Part shown: piece after piece, positions 26,749 to 40,558 of the stretch | Numbering within the stretch: position 1 is the first letter of the stretch | Layout: each line of letters starts with the position of its first letter | Assembly (NCBI GenBank): GCA_028023455.1 | Contig: JAQFVV010000002.1 | Coordinates: 32,302,001 to 32,366,000, forward strand | DNA: 64,000 nt | Direction: 5' to 3' | DNA from: Epiperipatus broadwayi | Lineage: Eukaryota > Animalia > Onychophora | The notes under the pieces: model-generated | Told to the model about the DNA's origin: nothing | Databases searched by the model: none | The model's input: only the letters and a program-made list of their open reading frames with translations | Made by a program: the position numbers and the translations under genes

Positions 26749-27843
26749 GTATTTGCCTAAAAGTCTGTGATGTTGGCATTTCCAGTTTAGACTTGGTAAA
26801 AGTAAAAATTTCTCGAAGTGGCTTTGGAAAGCTGTTCTAATGTTATATTGACTGCAGATGTTCTTTAATTTGTCTGCTATTCCACATTATAGTACCAATA
26901 ATTGTTATTTCTTTTGGTGTCTCTTTTTGTTGTCTATTAAAACTTTTCTTGATGACCATTGATGGATAATCATTCTTCATGAGAATTCTATATGAATCTT
27001 CATTTTTCAAGTCACTGGTTTCCATACAAACGTCCTTTACTTTGTTTCATAATGATTGTATATTCCATGTTAGTGTAATACAAATAAAAGTATTGATAAA
27101 GTGTCTAAGAAGGTGTAAATGGTATGATAATTTTTACTTCTACCTAAGTCTAAACTGGAAATGCTGAAGAAAAAACTGCATCTATGAAATACCATGTGAA
27201 TGTGGAAGAATATTGTTGAGACCTGTCACCCTGTTGAACAGCAATTGAAAGAATACAAGTTAATGTAAAAGAAAAAACAGATATATCTGCAGTAGCAGAC
27301 CATGTACTGTATATACTAATGACCATATGTTCAATTGGGAAAATACAAAAATATTGAATAGCGAGGAAAAGATGACAAGAAGAAAATTCAAGATGCTTAT
27401 ATGACAATGACAAATAATCCTTTAAGTCAACCCAGTGTAGCAATACTCAATGTATGGAAGCCTCTAATTAGTCTTGCTCATAGAAAAAATAAAAAATTGA
27501 AGAACTCAGGAGGATTTGAACCAACTCTCATATATAAATATATGAAATTTCTACTATATGTTGCCTTGACAGAATAGCTCAGTTGGTTAGAGCATTTGCC
27601 TTAAATTTGATATTCGAGGATCTGAAGGTGCAAGTTCAACTTTTATGCTAATTCTGTCACTGGTCAGACTAGCAACACCCGAAGAAGAGATGAGAATAAT
27701 ACTATTTGTAACATGTCATTACTAACTTGTGTTGTCTATTTGTGTGTTACAATTAACAAATTGTTTGTATTTGAAAAGCTTAAATAAAGTTCAAAATTTT
27801 CTATACATTCAACATAATAGATGATAGAAATAGTCACATAATG
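26749..27843 (+). mobile_element. 5'-truncated, 5'-inverted Penelope-like element (C-terminal GIY-YIG)
   Basis: + strand 27170-27410 gives CIYEIPCECG..., SAVADHV...HMFNWENTKILNSE...RRKFK. Minus strand 26776-27125 gives KDVC...RILMKNDYP...NIRTAF. 10-bp TSD agcatattca at 26739-26748 and 27844-27853. Confidence 0.8.
27568..27659 (+). pseudogene. tRNA-like sequence inside the PLE 3' region
   Basis: Acceptor stem GACAGAA/TTCTGTC plus A, perfect D-arm GCTC-AGTTGGTTA-GAGC, decayed B-box aagttcaact. Anticodon and T arms are poor. Confidence 0.6.
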
Positions 27844-28745
27844 AGCATATTCAATATCTTAAGCATTTTATTCAGTTCTTTTTTTGTGTCTGCAAATAAG
27901 GTTATATCACCTGCATAATGAATATAATGACTATGCCTTCCATTAATTTTAATTCCTTTAGGTTTTTTTTTTATAATTCTTATCGTGGTTTTAATAAATA
28001 AATTAGATAAGTAGAGTAATTATGGACAGCCTTGCCTCACTCCTCTTTTTATATTAGCATTAGTTTTGACATTTATATAAATTTAAAATTAATTGTCTAT
28101 CTTTTCAATCAAAACCTACATTCTTCGTCATCCACTCTGTCAAAAGTCTTTTTCTAGATAATAAAAACTGCATAAGGCTTCCTAATCATTTCCAGTTTGT
28201 TTTTTTGTAAAACCATTCTTAATGACATTATTGCTTCTCCAGTTCATTTCCCAGATCTAAAATTATATTGACCTTCATCCAAATTCTCATCTAACTTCTT
28301 TTGTATTCTGTTTTTAATTATTATCAGTAAAATCTTCAAGATGTGAAATAATCGGAGCCATTGTTCTATAATTCATGCAGTCATTTGCATTACCTTTTTT
28401 TTTTTGGAAAGGCAATAGTTTTTGAAATTATAAAATCAGGTGGCATTATATCTTCTTTACAATATCCTGTTATCACATTGAATAATTTATTTTTAATGAT
28501 ATCACTACAGTTTTTCAAAAGTTTAATCGGAATATCATCTAAATTATATACCTTATTATTTTTCATCTTGATAATTGCATAATCTAATTTTTTTCTTGTT
28601 GTTATTGGTTTTTTTTTTTTTTATCAACCATATTTGTATCCTCTATTATTTCTTCTCCTTTATATAAATCTTCTCTATACTCTTTCAAATGATCATACAC
28701 TTTGGTTTTCAAAAAATAACTTTCTTCCCTTATTCTTAATAATAT

Positions 28746-29139
28746 CTGAAATAAAACAAACAAAACTTTTTAAAACTTGTTTTTTATATAACTATAATGA
28801 TGAAAAAGAAATCCAACGTTTCGACTATTTCATATAGTCTTTTTCAAGGTACACTTATCTCCCACTCCCTTTTTTTATTACAAACAATCACAATCTAAAC
28901 ACAAACATTTTATTTGTTTTGTTTAGATTGTGATTGTTTGTAATAAAAAAGGGGAATGGGAGATAAGTGTACCTTGAAAAAGACTATATGAAATAGTCGA
29001 AACGTTGGATTTCTTTTTTATCATTATAGTTATATAAAAAACAAGTTTTAAAAAGGAGTTTTGTTTGTTTTATTTTTATATTGGACATTTATGAACTATT
29101 TTGGAAAGAAGAACTGTGGGATTGATATATTATATTTAA
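28746..29139 (+). mobile_element. Fold-back insertion with HHR in each arm, 16-bp TSD
   Basis: Arms 28749-28901 and 28920-29075 are nearly perfect. ttattcttaataatat is repeated at 28730-28745 and 29140-29155. Confidence 0.85.
28972..29008 (+). ncRNA. Minimal hammerhead motif with U3-A8 core
   Basis: cc-TTGAAAA-a-GACTAT-atgaa-ATAGTC-GAAA-CG-TT-gg. Helix II is a perfect 6 bp and helix III is the palindrome ACGU, but helix I is only 2 bp. Confidence 0.65.
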
Positions 29140-31363
29140 TTATTCTTAATAATATTATTAAATGTTTTTCCTTTATAATTCATTTTGATTTTTTTCATAT
29201 ATCTGTTTAATCTGTCCAACATTTATGTTGTTATCAATTTCTTTATCATATTTATTTATTTTCCTTTTTTAAATCTGTAATTTAGTTTTTGTATCTAATT
29301 TCATTCCTTTTCTTAATTAAATCGGAAATTTCTTGAATTATCCATGGTTTCTTAGGGATTAATGTCATTTTTCCCAATACTTTACTTGCAACTGTCTTTA
29401 TACATGCTTTAATATTCTTCCATCACATATTATCCAATATCTATCATAGCAGTTTCATCCTTATTTGTCATAATCTTGTAATTTATTTAAACACCATTTA
29501 TTTTAAGCAAGTATAATTTTTCCTCTTAAATTTAATATTACATTTTACCAAAATAAGCACATGATCACTGTCCACATTTACATTAAGGTAAACACATTAG
29601 ACTGTACTTGATTCCTATATCTATTGTTTAATTATAATATAATCAATCAAATATCTTTCAACATCTTCATGATTTTTTAATGAATAACTTTCTTCGTTTA
29701 CATACATCATAAAATATATTGAATATTACAATCTCTTACTGCACACAAAATTCAATCTTTCACTTCGTGAATTCATGTCATCTAAACCAAATCTGCTCAC
29801 ACATTTTGAATTCTTATGTACACCCACTGATGCATAAAATCATCCATCAAAATAATAATATTCTTATCATTGACAAACTCCAATAATTATTTTAATTTTT
29901 TATGAATACTTTTAACTTCTTTATTATCACTACCAGTAGTAGGAAAATGTACCTGTATTAACATCATATCCACTTTGTCTGTTTTTGATTAGCAACAGCG
30001 CCATCGAGTGGCGTGGAGTGTCCGATGTCGGATTACCGAAAAAAATTAAATTCCTTAGAATTGTTGGTAACTTAGCTAAGTTCTTAAATGTATTGAATTT
30101 GTATGAGGGGTTATTACAAGGAAGCAAAGGTGCACTATTTTTCTAAAGAAAAATCACTTGATGACAATTTTCGACATTTACTTTATGGAGAAAATTATTC
30201 ATCAGTTGTCTTTGTGAAACATTCTTCTACCAAAAGAAAATTATTAGATCAAAATAAGTTGTTTAAAGAATAATAAATATTTAAAATATTGCATCAATTT
30301 ATTATGAATTGATTATAATAAATTATGATAATAGAAAAATTTAAAAAAAAAAAAACAATGATATCTGACATTTTTTGAAAATATTAATTTTTAACAAGTG
30401 AAGTAAATTTTAAATTTTTATTTGGTTAGTATGTCGTTAAGCATAGTAAACAATAAAGATTTTTATCATTTGGAGTAATTCAAATATGCAAGTGTTGGTT
30501 CATCTGTGTAACGCATAACCTAATGCTAATTGCACTTTTGGTAAAGTTCACTATAATCATATGATTATGGTGAACGTCATTGAAGGTGCACTTAACATAA
30601 GGTTATACAGAAGGAAGAAATCACTTCATTTTGCAGACGAACATTATAAATTTGAATTACAAATATAGACTAAGGAAAAATCAATATTATATTTGGAGTA
30701 AGTAAATCACAAATTCCAAAATTTTGAATTTCTGTGTTTTATTGGAATAATTAGTCTATAAATATGAAACATTAATATTATTACGATATATTTTGTTATA
30801 TACATGAGTCTGACTGATAGTCAGATTCAAATTAATAATGAGTTTTACTTACTTTTGCTTTGCTTATTAAACATAAATAAATATTAACCATGTAATCCTT
30901 TATTAAATTTAATAAGGAAGTCATCATTAAAGCTTTTAGTTAAAGTTTTCTTTTATTTATAACTTTGGAAGTTATCAATTCTTCATATATATGCCTGTGT
31001 GATTATTAATATTGAATTAGTGGATTTTTCTAAATTTGTTTATTCATTTTTTTTTTTTTAATTCTCAAGATTTATTGATGTCAGTATGCCAGTTTATATT
31101 TCACATTTTTATTTAAATATTGTTCAGATATTTGCATTTGTTATTTATTTTCTAATATTTAATTTTTTTGATGGCATATCTTTTTTATTTATGTTATATC
31201 TTTTCAAGTATCATTTATAATCAATTTTTGTATGTAATAAACTGATTTTAAAATAATTTTGTCAAGAAATAATAATGGTAGCACAAATTATAATATGATA
31301 TATACAAAACATTATTTTATTAATAATAGGAGTTTAAAATTTATTATATATATATATTTGTAG

Positions 31364-31580
31364 GTGATCTTTTAACTAGTCAAAACTTAACAACTGAGAT
31401 TTTAACATCTTTAGTTGAATTAACAAAATTTGAAAATGCTATACCTCGTTTCTCTGCTACAACATCCCCATGTTGGACTGAAATTCAGCAAGAACAAAAA
31501 CAAAGGCGGCATCCTCAACATTTACAACAGCAAGGAGAGGCATTACAACACACTCGGACATGGAGGTTACAAACCGATAG
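31364..31580 (+). CDS. BIRC6: BIRC6 exon D (EILTSLVELTKFENAIPRFSATTSPCWTEIQQEQKQRRHPQHL...TRTWRLQTD)
   Basis: tgtag acceptor, ag|gtaatt donor, phase 1-2. Nearly identical to a highly conserved BIRC6 motif. Confidence 0.96.
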
Positions 31581-32099
31581 GTAATTCATTTTGTAATTGA
31601 TTTTATACTAAAGAGATAGATCGTTAGAGGATTTTTTTTCTTTCAGTTATTAAGATAAAATTGATTGTTTAAATACTTTTTATAAAGTTTTTTATTTTTA
31701 ATTTCATTAGGGAAATATGTGTTTGTATGAATATGGAGACATCACATACATATTATGTATTTATATTTACGTAAAAATTAAAGTGATTTAAGACTTATCT
31801 ATTGAAAGCAATATTTTATTGTGTGGTATTAGTAGAATGCTTCATTTAGAGGTAAAGGGCTTTTTTCTATATATATTATTCTATTAATTTGAATGAGTAG
31901 GAAATCTATAGCATTGATACTCTATTAATATGAGAAATTAGAATTTTCAATTGGTAGACTGAATTCTAATGAAAGGAGTAACGAATTTTCACTCAGACCA
32001 CTATATATGCGTTCTTCAAATCTGATGATGGCTTAAAAAAATTGTCATAAAAAAAAGAAATTTGTAAATTTTATGCTTACAAGTTACTTGCCCATATAG

Positions 32100-33500
32100 C
32101 AGCAGCTGTTTCATGTTTTGTGCATTCTCTAAGACTCATTCAATTGTTGTCTTGTTTTACATTTCTCTATTTCCATTAAAAAAATATGAAAGTTCATTTT
32201 TAATAATCTCAAAGTATAATGGTGATAATTTTGATAATCCTAAAAGAAGGAGTGAAATGCTTTCTTTATATGAGGAAATAAAAAAAAAGATGGTTGAAAT
32301 TGGCTGGTTATTCATTAAGAATGAATTGTCCATTCATGAAATTAGTGAAAAAGAGGTTTGTGTTAGGATTATTTGTGCTTTGAAACTGTTAAAATTACAT
32401 CCCCAATTTATGATATGCTCATAGACTGAGAGACACTGAATTTATGAACAAAGGTTATGAATAAAAAGAATATTTAAGTAAAACAATAGTATATTGTAAC
32501 AGAACTAAAGTTTTTACAAAAACTTAAGGACCAATCTGCTGAAAGAGTGGCATCAAGTTATATATTGCATGGATTCAGAATTGATAAGAACTTTAAAATA
32601 TCACAATGGTAGGAAAGATTTCACCAACAGAAAAAAATAATTGAAGAAAAGTAGTATATCCTTTGTAGTGAGTGTTTAATTGTGATGAGTGTACTAAATC
32701 AAACCTATATTTACAAATTGATAGAAAAGATTTTTAAGGTGTTGAAGGACAAATTAACTTTAATGTTATGCAGCAATGCTGGACATTACATAATCAAGCA
32801 GTTGTTATTTATTGATATAATCATTTCCTTCCCAAGAGCAAGAATAAAAATCATTGCAACTCATTAAAAAAAAAAACCGTTCACAGCTATGTTCTATTTT
32901 TGGAATGGTTCTGTGATTATTTCATCCTGAAGTTAAAAAATACTTGTGTCTTAAAGGTTTGATTCAACATCCTACTGATACTAGACAATATGTTTACCAT
33001 GAAGATGTAAATATTGAGAATGTATTTTTTATTCTTCCACTTTTATGGAACTTCATTCAGAATTTTAAGACTATTGTGATCATATGATGTTCAGTGGTTT
33101 AATTTCAAAACTGATTAGATTTAAAAGGGGCTTGCTGTCACTCATAATGTTGAATTAATAGATTGCTGGAAATTGTTTATTGTTGTTGATTCAGTAACAT
33201 TTATAAAGCAGCAATGATTGAACTAAAACAAAAATGTGATGCATGTAGGAATAAGATCGTGAATGGCTGTAAGAATTTTTCAGAGAATAGTAATAAAATT
33301 AAAAGAATTATTCAGTTAGCATGAGAATTTGAGAAAGATCGATTTGTTGATATTATTTATGAAGAAGCTTCAGCGCACATTAAAGGCTGTAAAGAAGTAC
33401 TAACAGACAAAGGGTCACAAAACCTTATTAAATCATTAGCAACAGCAGAAGAAAAAGAATTGTTTAGCAATGTGGACATTAAAAAAATTTGGGAAGTATC
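32100..33500 (+). mobile_element. pogo/Tigger transposase remnant
   Basis: ORF 32682-32867 has KDKLTLMLCSNAG..IKQLLFI..FPRA. Downstream FCDYFIPEVKKYL...NILLILDN matches the DDE_1 domain. Confidence 0.7.
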
Positions 33501-36500
33501 AAAATGTGAATATCTTTTTCTTTCAACTTTTCATAAATATTCTTTTTTTATTGAATATAATTTTTAAAATAAATTTTATTATAAATTTAGTTTTAGCAAT
33601 AAACAAATCAAATGAAGCTGAATTTTTTTTTCTTGCTTGAAGAGTGCTTTGGTAACATTCCAGTGCTTTAATAATTTCAAAATGCTGAAATGTGTTGAAT
33701 TTAAATTTAACATATTTGTCTACATAAATGTGGTCAAATAAAAATCATGAAGAACATAGTTAATAACCTGAATCCATGGCCTTAGTGAAAATTGAGTGGA
33801 TTAATAAAACCACTGGCGAATCAGTCTTCTGTTTGAATTTTCTACAAGTTCCTTTATAATATTTGTTAATAATTAAGCTGTCTTTAAAAAAAAAAAAATT
33901 CATACGGAAAATAATAATGCCAATATTTGTTGATTTGCTACTTGTAATTGAAGATTATATATACTTAAATATTTGTATCTGTAGAATAATATTTTAAAGG
34001 AAAACCTATGTTATTTTATTAAAATTTATTGATAGTGTAAAGTGGTATAAAAGCAAGATTATTTAGATTTGAGTAAAAGATTGAAATAATATTTAAATAG
34101 GACTTAATGAAGTTCTCATCATATATATATATAGTTGCTCTAAAAATTGACCATACATATTATAATGGGATACAAATGGAAAATATCTTCCATAATAGAA
34201 AATAGGTGGTAGCAAATTATCTCCAAATAAACAAAATTTTAAAATTAAATATTAAAGTAATAAAGTAAGAGTAATGTTTACTGTCAAAAAGTAAGATATT
34301 AAAGTAATGTTTAATATCCAAAATATATAAGAAATGTTATATATTATAGATTGCATGAGATCATGAAATCTGAGAGATCAGCACAGTTAGATCAGTTAAC
34401 TCCTTAGAGAAACTATAAGTATAATTAGCCATCAACTAGCATTATCAATAAGTATAAGTAATACTCATAATACCCATTTATCATCATGAATAATCAACAA
34501 TCAAACTAAATCAGAATAAAATCAACTGTCAATCTAGTGACTGGATTGGAAATGGTTCTCCTGTAGACCAGGCTAGTATTAAGCCTTTACCAGCTTGGGC
34601 AATCATTTAAACATAACTTGGATGCACCAACTAAGTCCTCATCCATTACAGTACATAACCAGAAAAATCTAAACAATAATGCTGGGATATTAAAAACATA
34701 CTGATCATTGTCAATGCTCTGGCCACTTAGTGCCATTAATGCACTGGCCATCTATAGACTTCACTTCTAAGACAACTAAAATAAAATGCAGTGCAGAGAC
34801 TTTGAAGAATATAATCTCAGTGCCAACCAGGATCATCACTAGATTCCCAAAAGCACTAAATACATCCCCATTTATATATCAGTCGTTATACATGAATCTA
34901 ACTCAGAACACTAGCTCAAGTACTGTTATGGTGATGAAGGGATAATGCAATACAAATTTTAACAATTGAATACAAGTTTATTAACAACAACAAAAAAATA
35001 AATGTTCTAGAATTAAGCTACACATATAAGCTTTCTGATTTTGATTAATATACAATAATAATAAAAAATTATCACATTGTGATTTACAAAATTCAAGTTA
35101 TTATCTTCATTTACATATATGTAATTTACAAAATTCAAGTTATGACATTGATTTACATACATGTTCCCATAGGTTTATTTAAAACCAGATAGCACACAGA
35201 CATGTGTCTCAATATAAAATGAACATTTTTGAATTGACATTTAATACTAAGAAATGATTAAAATTTACATATAAGTGTCTATTTGACAGACATTGGTATT
35301 TGCAATACAATTGACATATATACGCACACGTGTGTGCATGAAATTTCTGAATATATTTGACTTGCCATAAAATAAACATTTTTTTTAGCTGTCACTTTTA
35401 AATGAGATAACATAGTAAATGACATTAATTTTTATAGTACATAATAACATATTTAACATACTTGTATATGCATATTGAATTACAGACACACTAATCTAAT
35501 GTTTACCTATTTTAATTTGTTACAATAATATTTTTCTAATTCAATATTGAAAGTATATAAAATTCACATATATGCATGTGTACACAAAAATATTGATGAT
35601 ATGAATCAAGTTCTAACATAATAGTTAACAGTTTACTTTTCTTTCTAAAAAAAAATATCCGTTTATAAGTTCCTTTTTTTTTTTAAAAAAAAAAGTATTA
35701 TCAACTTTTTTTTTCTTTTAAAAATATAACAATCAATCTTAAACAGATTATTGTTGATTGAATAATTAGAAATGTCTTTAAATTTAAAAATATAGATTTT
35801 AAATATTTTCACTTATTCTCTTGAAAAAAACAAATATAATAGGGTCTATCAATTAAATCTGCATTTTTATATGTTTAACTTAAACAAAATTGTTCTTTAA
35901 AATACCATTTTTAATATATAATGTTACTCATCAGCTATATATACGTTGATTTGGGCTTCTGCATACATAGATAAATAGCAGCATATATATAACAATTCTT
36001 CAGGCTTTCTCTTGATAAGCTTGTTTTTTTTCTCCATCAGAAACGTATAATCCAGACTTGTCATCATCAGGGAAAAGTATAATTCAGGTATTCTCCCTTC
36101 TGTTTAGGATTAGTTTCTGAATGGTATGCTTGTGCTCTTAAATAATAGGAATAAAATGAAGCTGTATGATTAATAAAAAAAAATTAAAATAAAATCATTT
36201 GGTTTAAACTAAATCAGCCACTTTTTATTTCTTTTCTTATATAAGTTTTAATATAACAGAGTATACCATAAGTAGCAATGTATCTATAGTATCTTCAATA
36301 TTTTTAGAATTGTTATGATTTCAATTATTGTAGTAATCTTTTGACCCAGTCATTAGTCGACATGGGTACATCACTATTGAATATTATTTGAATATATTTG
36401 CTAAAGCACAATCCCAAGAGTACATATGGATTTCAGATATTGCTGTCATTGACCATCTTTATAAAGGTTAAATTTATATAGTCTATATAATGAAATACTG

Positions 36501-37574
36501 ATTTGAGAGATAATGCTAAAAATGTATTATGGTCTCCTTAATTATCTATTTAAAAATATATGAATAAATGATCCATTTTAGTTATAGTTAAGTATATATT
36601 TGAATTTAAATATTTAATAATATAAATTATAAAGACATTCATTTTTTTTGTAATTGTAAATTAACCATGAAAATGATACAAATGTGTTTGAAAGCATCTT
36701 TGAATGAATTTATTATTAAAAAATTTATTACTTCATTGTTAGTTTATTTACTATTTTTAATTATATATACATAGTAAGTGGATATAAACTATATTATGTA
36801 TGATTAAACTTTGAATAATTAATTATTGGATTAACTAGTCTGCATTCAAAATAGATAGTAAAATTAATTTAGGTGAAATTATGCTTTTAGAATAAAGATG
36901 TTAAAACAATACTGTAAAATATGTATGTATTAAGCATATATGTGTCTAACAAGTTATATGATTAATCTAGAGAAGAAATAAAAATAGTCGTAATTAGATT
37001 TATCGGAATTTGGTAAAAATGCAATTATGCAAAATGTATAGTTGACAATAGATTACCAGAAGCGAGAAATAATCAGATAATGAAAGGAATTTAATCAATA
37101 TTAGTAAAATACTAATTAAATTGCAGATCAACAATTATGCTGATAAAAAAAATATCACCCGGATTTTCCAAAAATAGCAACTACTCCAGAAAATAAAATG
37201 GACGGGAATATATAAAAACAGGCGATGAGAAAGAAAGAAAGAGAGCCTGCGTGTTTGTTGTTGTCTTTGAAAAAACTTTGCTACCAGAAAAAGCAGCAGA
37301 AAAAATCAATTGTGGGGGGGAGCATTGGACATCTAGGATCTGGGCTCATGAAGCCGATTGGCGTTTTTGCAGATCACACCGTTTTTATTTTGAACTCCTT
37401 AAGGGTTGCCCAGATTTAAGATCCATTGTAATGAGAAGGTAAACATTTTTTCTACCTTGTATTAATTAGCGAACAGACTTAGTAAGTGAAAGGACTTAAA
37501 GTTCCTAGTCAATATATGATCAGGTAAACTAGCCTGGATTAGTAGTTGAACTTCATATATCTGCCTATATGTAT

Positions 37575-39000
37575 TTGTTGTACATATATAGGCTCGATTA
37601 GTATTTGACATTATATTGCTGCATATATATATTTTTTAATGTGTACATATGTCAAGTAGATCAGCATTTGGACTTTATATATCTATTATATATATATTTA
37701 TTTTATTGTGTGCAGCCGCATCTGTTTGATGTCTCATGCACATCTTTCTTGTAATTAATGTTAATTAGATTAATAAATTGTTATTCTTACCCCATGATTA
37801 ACAAATTAAAACATAACAAATTTGGAACAAATGACAGGATGTGGTTTATGTATCTTCTATATTTTGTTCCATTCTGTGTTTAGACAGAGACTATTTGTTT
37901 GGTTAGTTTGACTGTCATTCTGCCTTCAAACCATTTCTTTTTGATGATGTCGCGTATCCAAACTCTGTCGCCAATATCATAGGTATTGTTTTTACAATCA
38001 TGCTGGATATATACTAACACATTGCTAGCTTTGTCCTTTATTTTCTGCCCATCAACAACTTATCCAGAGATTTTTCTGTAACCATTGATGGCGTGGAGTG
38101 TTGATGAAGCATTGTATCATATAAAGCATCTTGAATATCATTATTATTGTTTTTTTTCTCAATACTTTTTTATCTGTTGAACTGCTTTTTCGGTGAGTTC
38201 ATTCGATTCAGTGTGGTATAGGAATGCACAGATATGTTTTATTCCTTTCATTTTGAAGAAATCTTGCATCTCTTGAGTGGTGAATCCGGTGCCATTGTCT
38301 GAGAGGATTGTTTCTGGGAGTCTGTGACATGAAAATGTTGAATTTAATGCAGTACTCGCCCATTTAGTATATGCATCAACCAGTATAAACAGTATTTTCC
38401 TGTTTATTGGACCAGCATGGTTCATGTGGGGCCTCTGCCATGGTTTGTTTGCTTTTGGCCATTGTATGTACTTCTTTGGTTTCATGCTCATCTCAGACTG
38501 ACAAGCTGTGCATTTTTTTCATGTTTTTCTCGATATCTACAATTATTTTTGGCCACCAGATGCAGTTACGCGCTAAAGCTTTTGTGCGTATTACTCCTGA
38601 ATGGCCTTCGTGTAATAGGCTTAATACTTTTTTTCTAGCCTCTGTTGGTATTATAACCATATTCCCTATTAGTATGCAACCCTTACTAACTGATAAATTT
38701 TCACGATTTATTCAAAAAGCGGGTAATAGGTATTAAGGTTTCTTAGATGGCCAGCCGTTTGCTAATTCAGCCTATCAGCAGGTGGTATCCTTCATTGGCT
38801 CTTGTCCATTTTGCTACTGTGTTGTTGTTCAAAATGTCTGACTATAGTACATCTATATAGTTGATTTCTATCTCGTATTTCTGGCAGCGTGGGGAATTAC
38901 TTTTCCTTTTTTTATATGATGGCTAGTAATCATATGATACCAGTATATTTCTCCACCGTAGCATACATGGACTCAGATGGTCAGGCGCTAGTTTGAGATT
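37575..39000 (-). mobile_element. Gypsy/Ty3 integrase remnant with probable PPT and 3' LTR
   Basis: ORF 38159-38491 has WP..NKPWQR.HMNHAGP...ILVDAYTKW...PETILSDNGTGFT...SN...EKAVQ (rve core). On the minus strand aagaaaga is followed by TGTGCA at 37742. The left boundary is uncertain. Confidence 0.75.
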
Positions 39001-40558
39001 GGAATTTTTTAAACAGTGCAATTACAAAAAAATATTTCAAAAACTTTGAGAATTGAAAATAAAAAGAAACAATACCCCAAAATTTCTCAGCAGCAGCAAT
39101 TATTAAATATTTTTGTCCCAAAATATATAAAGAGCCAATGCATAAAATTAGAGGATAATTTAAGATTAAATTTAATTTTCACACTAATAAACAAGGAATA
39201 ATAGATAATAATTTTATTGATTTGCAAAATTGAGGTTAACCCAAAGTCTAAAAATATTATCCCAGTACATGATTGCAAATATTCACTTAGAGACAACAAT
39301 TGATTTTGAAAATGCTTACATAAAACAAATAATATACAATAATAATTTTTATTAGTCAATTCAATGATGAATAATATTTCTGTAATGCAATTTTCACTAC
39401 ACTCTTCTGCAAATAGGGATCTCCATAAGGTGTTAAAAGCGGGTAGTAACCAGTCCCTACCTTGCCAGAGAGTGGAGTAGTAAAAATTACACTAAAGAAA
39501 TATTAAATAATGTACAGATTTTTAAACAAACATAAAGTTGTTTACAATATGTCTAAACAAACAAAACTGTTTTAAGAGAAAGAATAGTTTTAATAAAATA
39601 TTAAAATAAAGTCTTACGTAATATTTTTAAAGAGTGAATAGATGAGTCGTTTTGTTTTGATTGATAAGTATGCAAAAAATAACTAACCAATTGAAATTCA
39701 AAATTCCAAAAAATGAATGATATGGTGTTAAAAAAATTGCTGCAAAAGGTAATTTTATCTCAAATGTTTTAAGAAAGTGTACTTGAAATTGAATTGTCCT
39801 CATCTATTTTATCAAAAATATTTATTAATAGCAAAATGAACATGAATAATAAAAATGTTTATGTTATCAATAGAATTTGTGAATGCATATTATAGTGCTG
39901 CTAAATTGGTTATTTAATAATACTCATGAGTTGGGATACAGAGAAGTGACAATAAATTCTAAATTGGACTTTGTTAATTTCATTTGAAATCTTAGAATTT
40001 CACAAAAGTGGAATTATATGAATCAGTTGACAAATCATCATTAATTAAAACTATATGCAAATTATTATTAACAAAACAGAATAATGAATAGAAAATAAAC
40101 TATTATAGCAAAAGTGTTAGTGAAGGTTTCTATGCAATAAGTTGGACACAGCCTTTGAGCCGGCCAATGAGCACTGCTATGATTACGCTGTAAATGAAGT
40201 TATTCCTTTATATTGTACAACATAAGATAGAAATCAATTTTTAAGACTAATATTTTATTCTGTCTTTTATAATTACTTTATTTTAAAGTATTATTGGTTT
40301 TGTTTTAAAATTATATCAGTGTTACGAGTTGAACTATTTTCTATTTTAAACAAATCTTAATAATTTTTAATTGAATAATAATGTTGATAATATTATGCCG
40401 TATTAGTTTAAAAAGGTATATTAATATAACAACTTCAATTAAAAAAATCTCATGTAAAGATTTTTTTAAAAATGTATTATTAATTATATATGAGATGAGA
40501 ATATTGTGCTTGTGTGTATAAATATATAACATATATTTTTTCATTTTTAAAATAATAG

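Larger units (their letters stand above)
26090..29920 (-). mobile_element. RTE-type LINE (APE endonuclease plus RT), decayed, with two nested PLE-type insertions
   Basis: Minus strand in order: APE (DKNIIILMDD..SRFGLDDMNSRSERL), RT (QYNFRSGK.TGEAI, KTFDRV, KRGVRQGCP, HYAGD), then LEQVKKFYYLGS. Confidence 0.75.

Noticed and set aside
32015-32065. ctgatgatggc...gtc followed by an A-run
   Set aside because: GAAA is not adjacent to helix II and no helix I/III forms.
36980-37500. Possible solo LTR (TATA-like tatataaaaac followed by a purine tract)
   Set aside because: I could not define TG..CA ends, a TSD or a second copy.
29995-38105. Shared motif tggcgtggagtgt at about 30009 and 38088
   Set aside because: It is only 13 nt, and the second copy lies within Gypsy integrase-coding sequence; probably coincidence.
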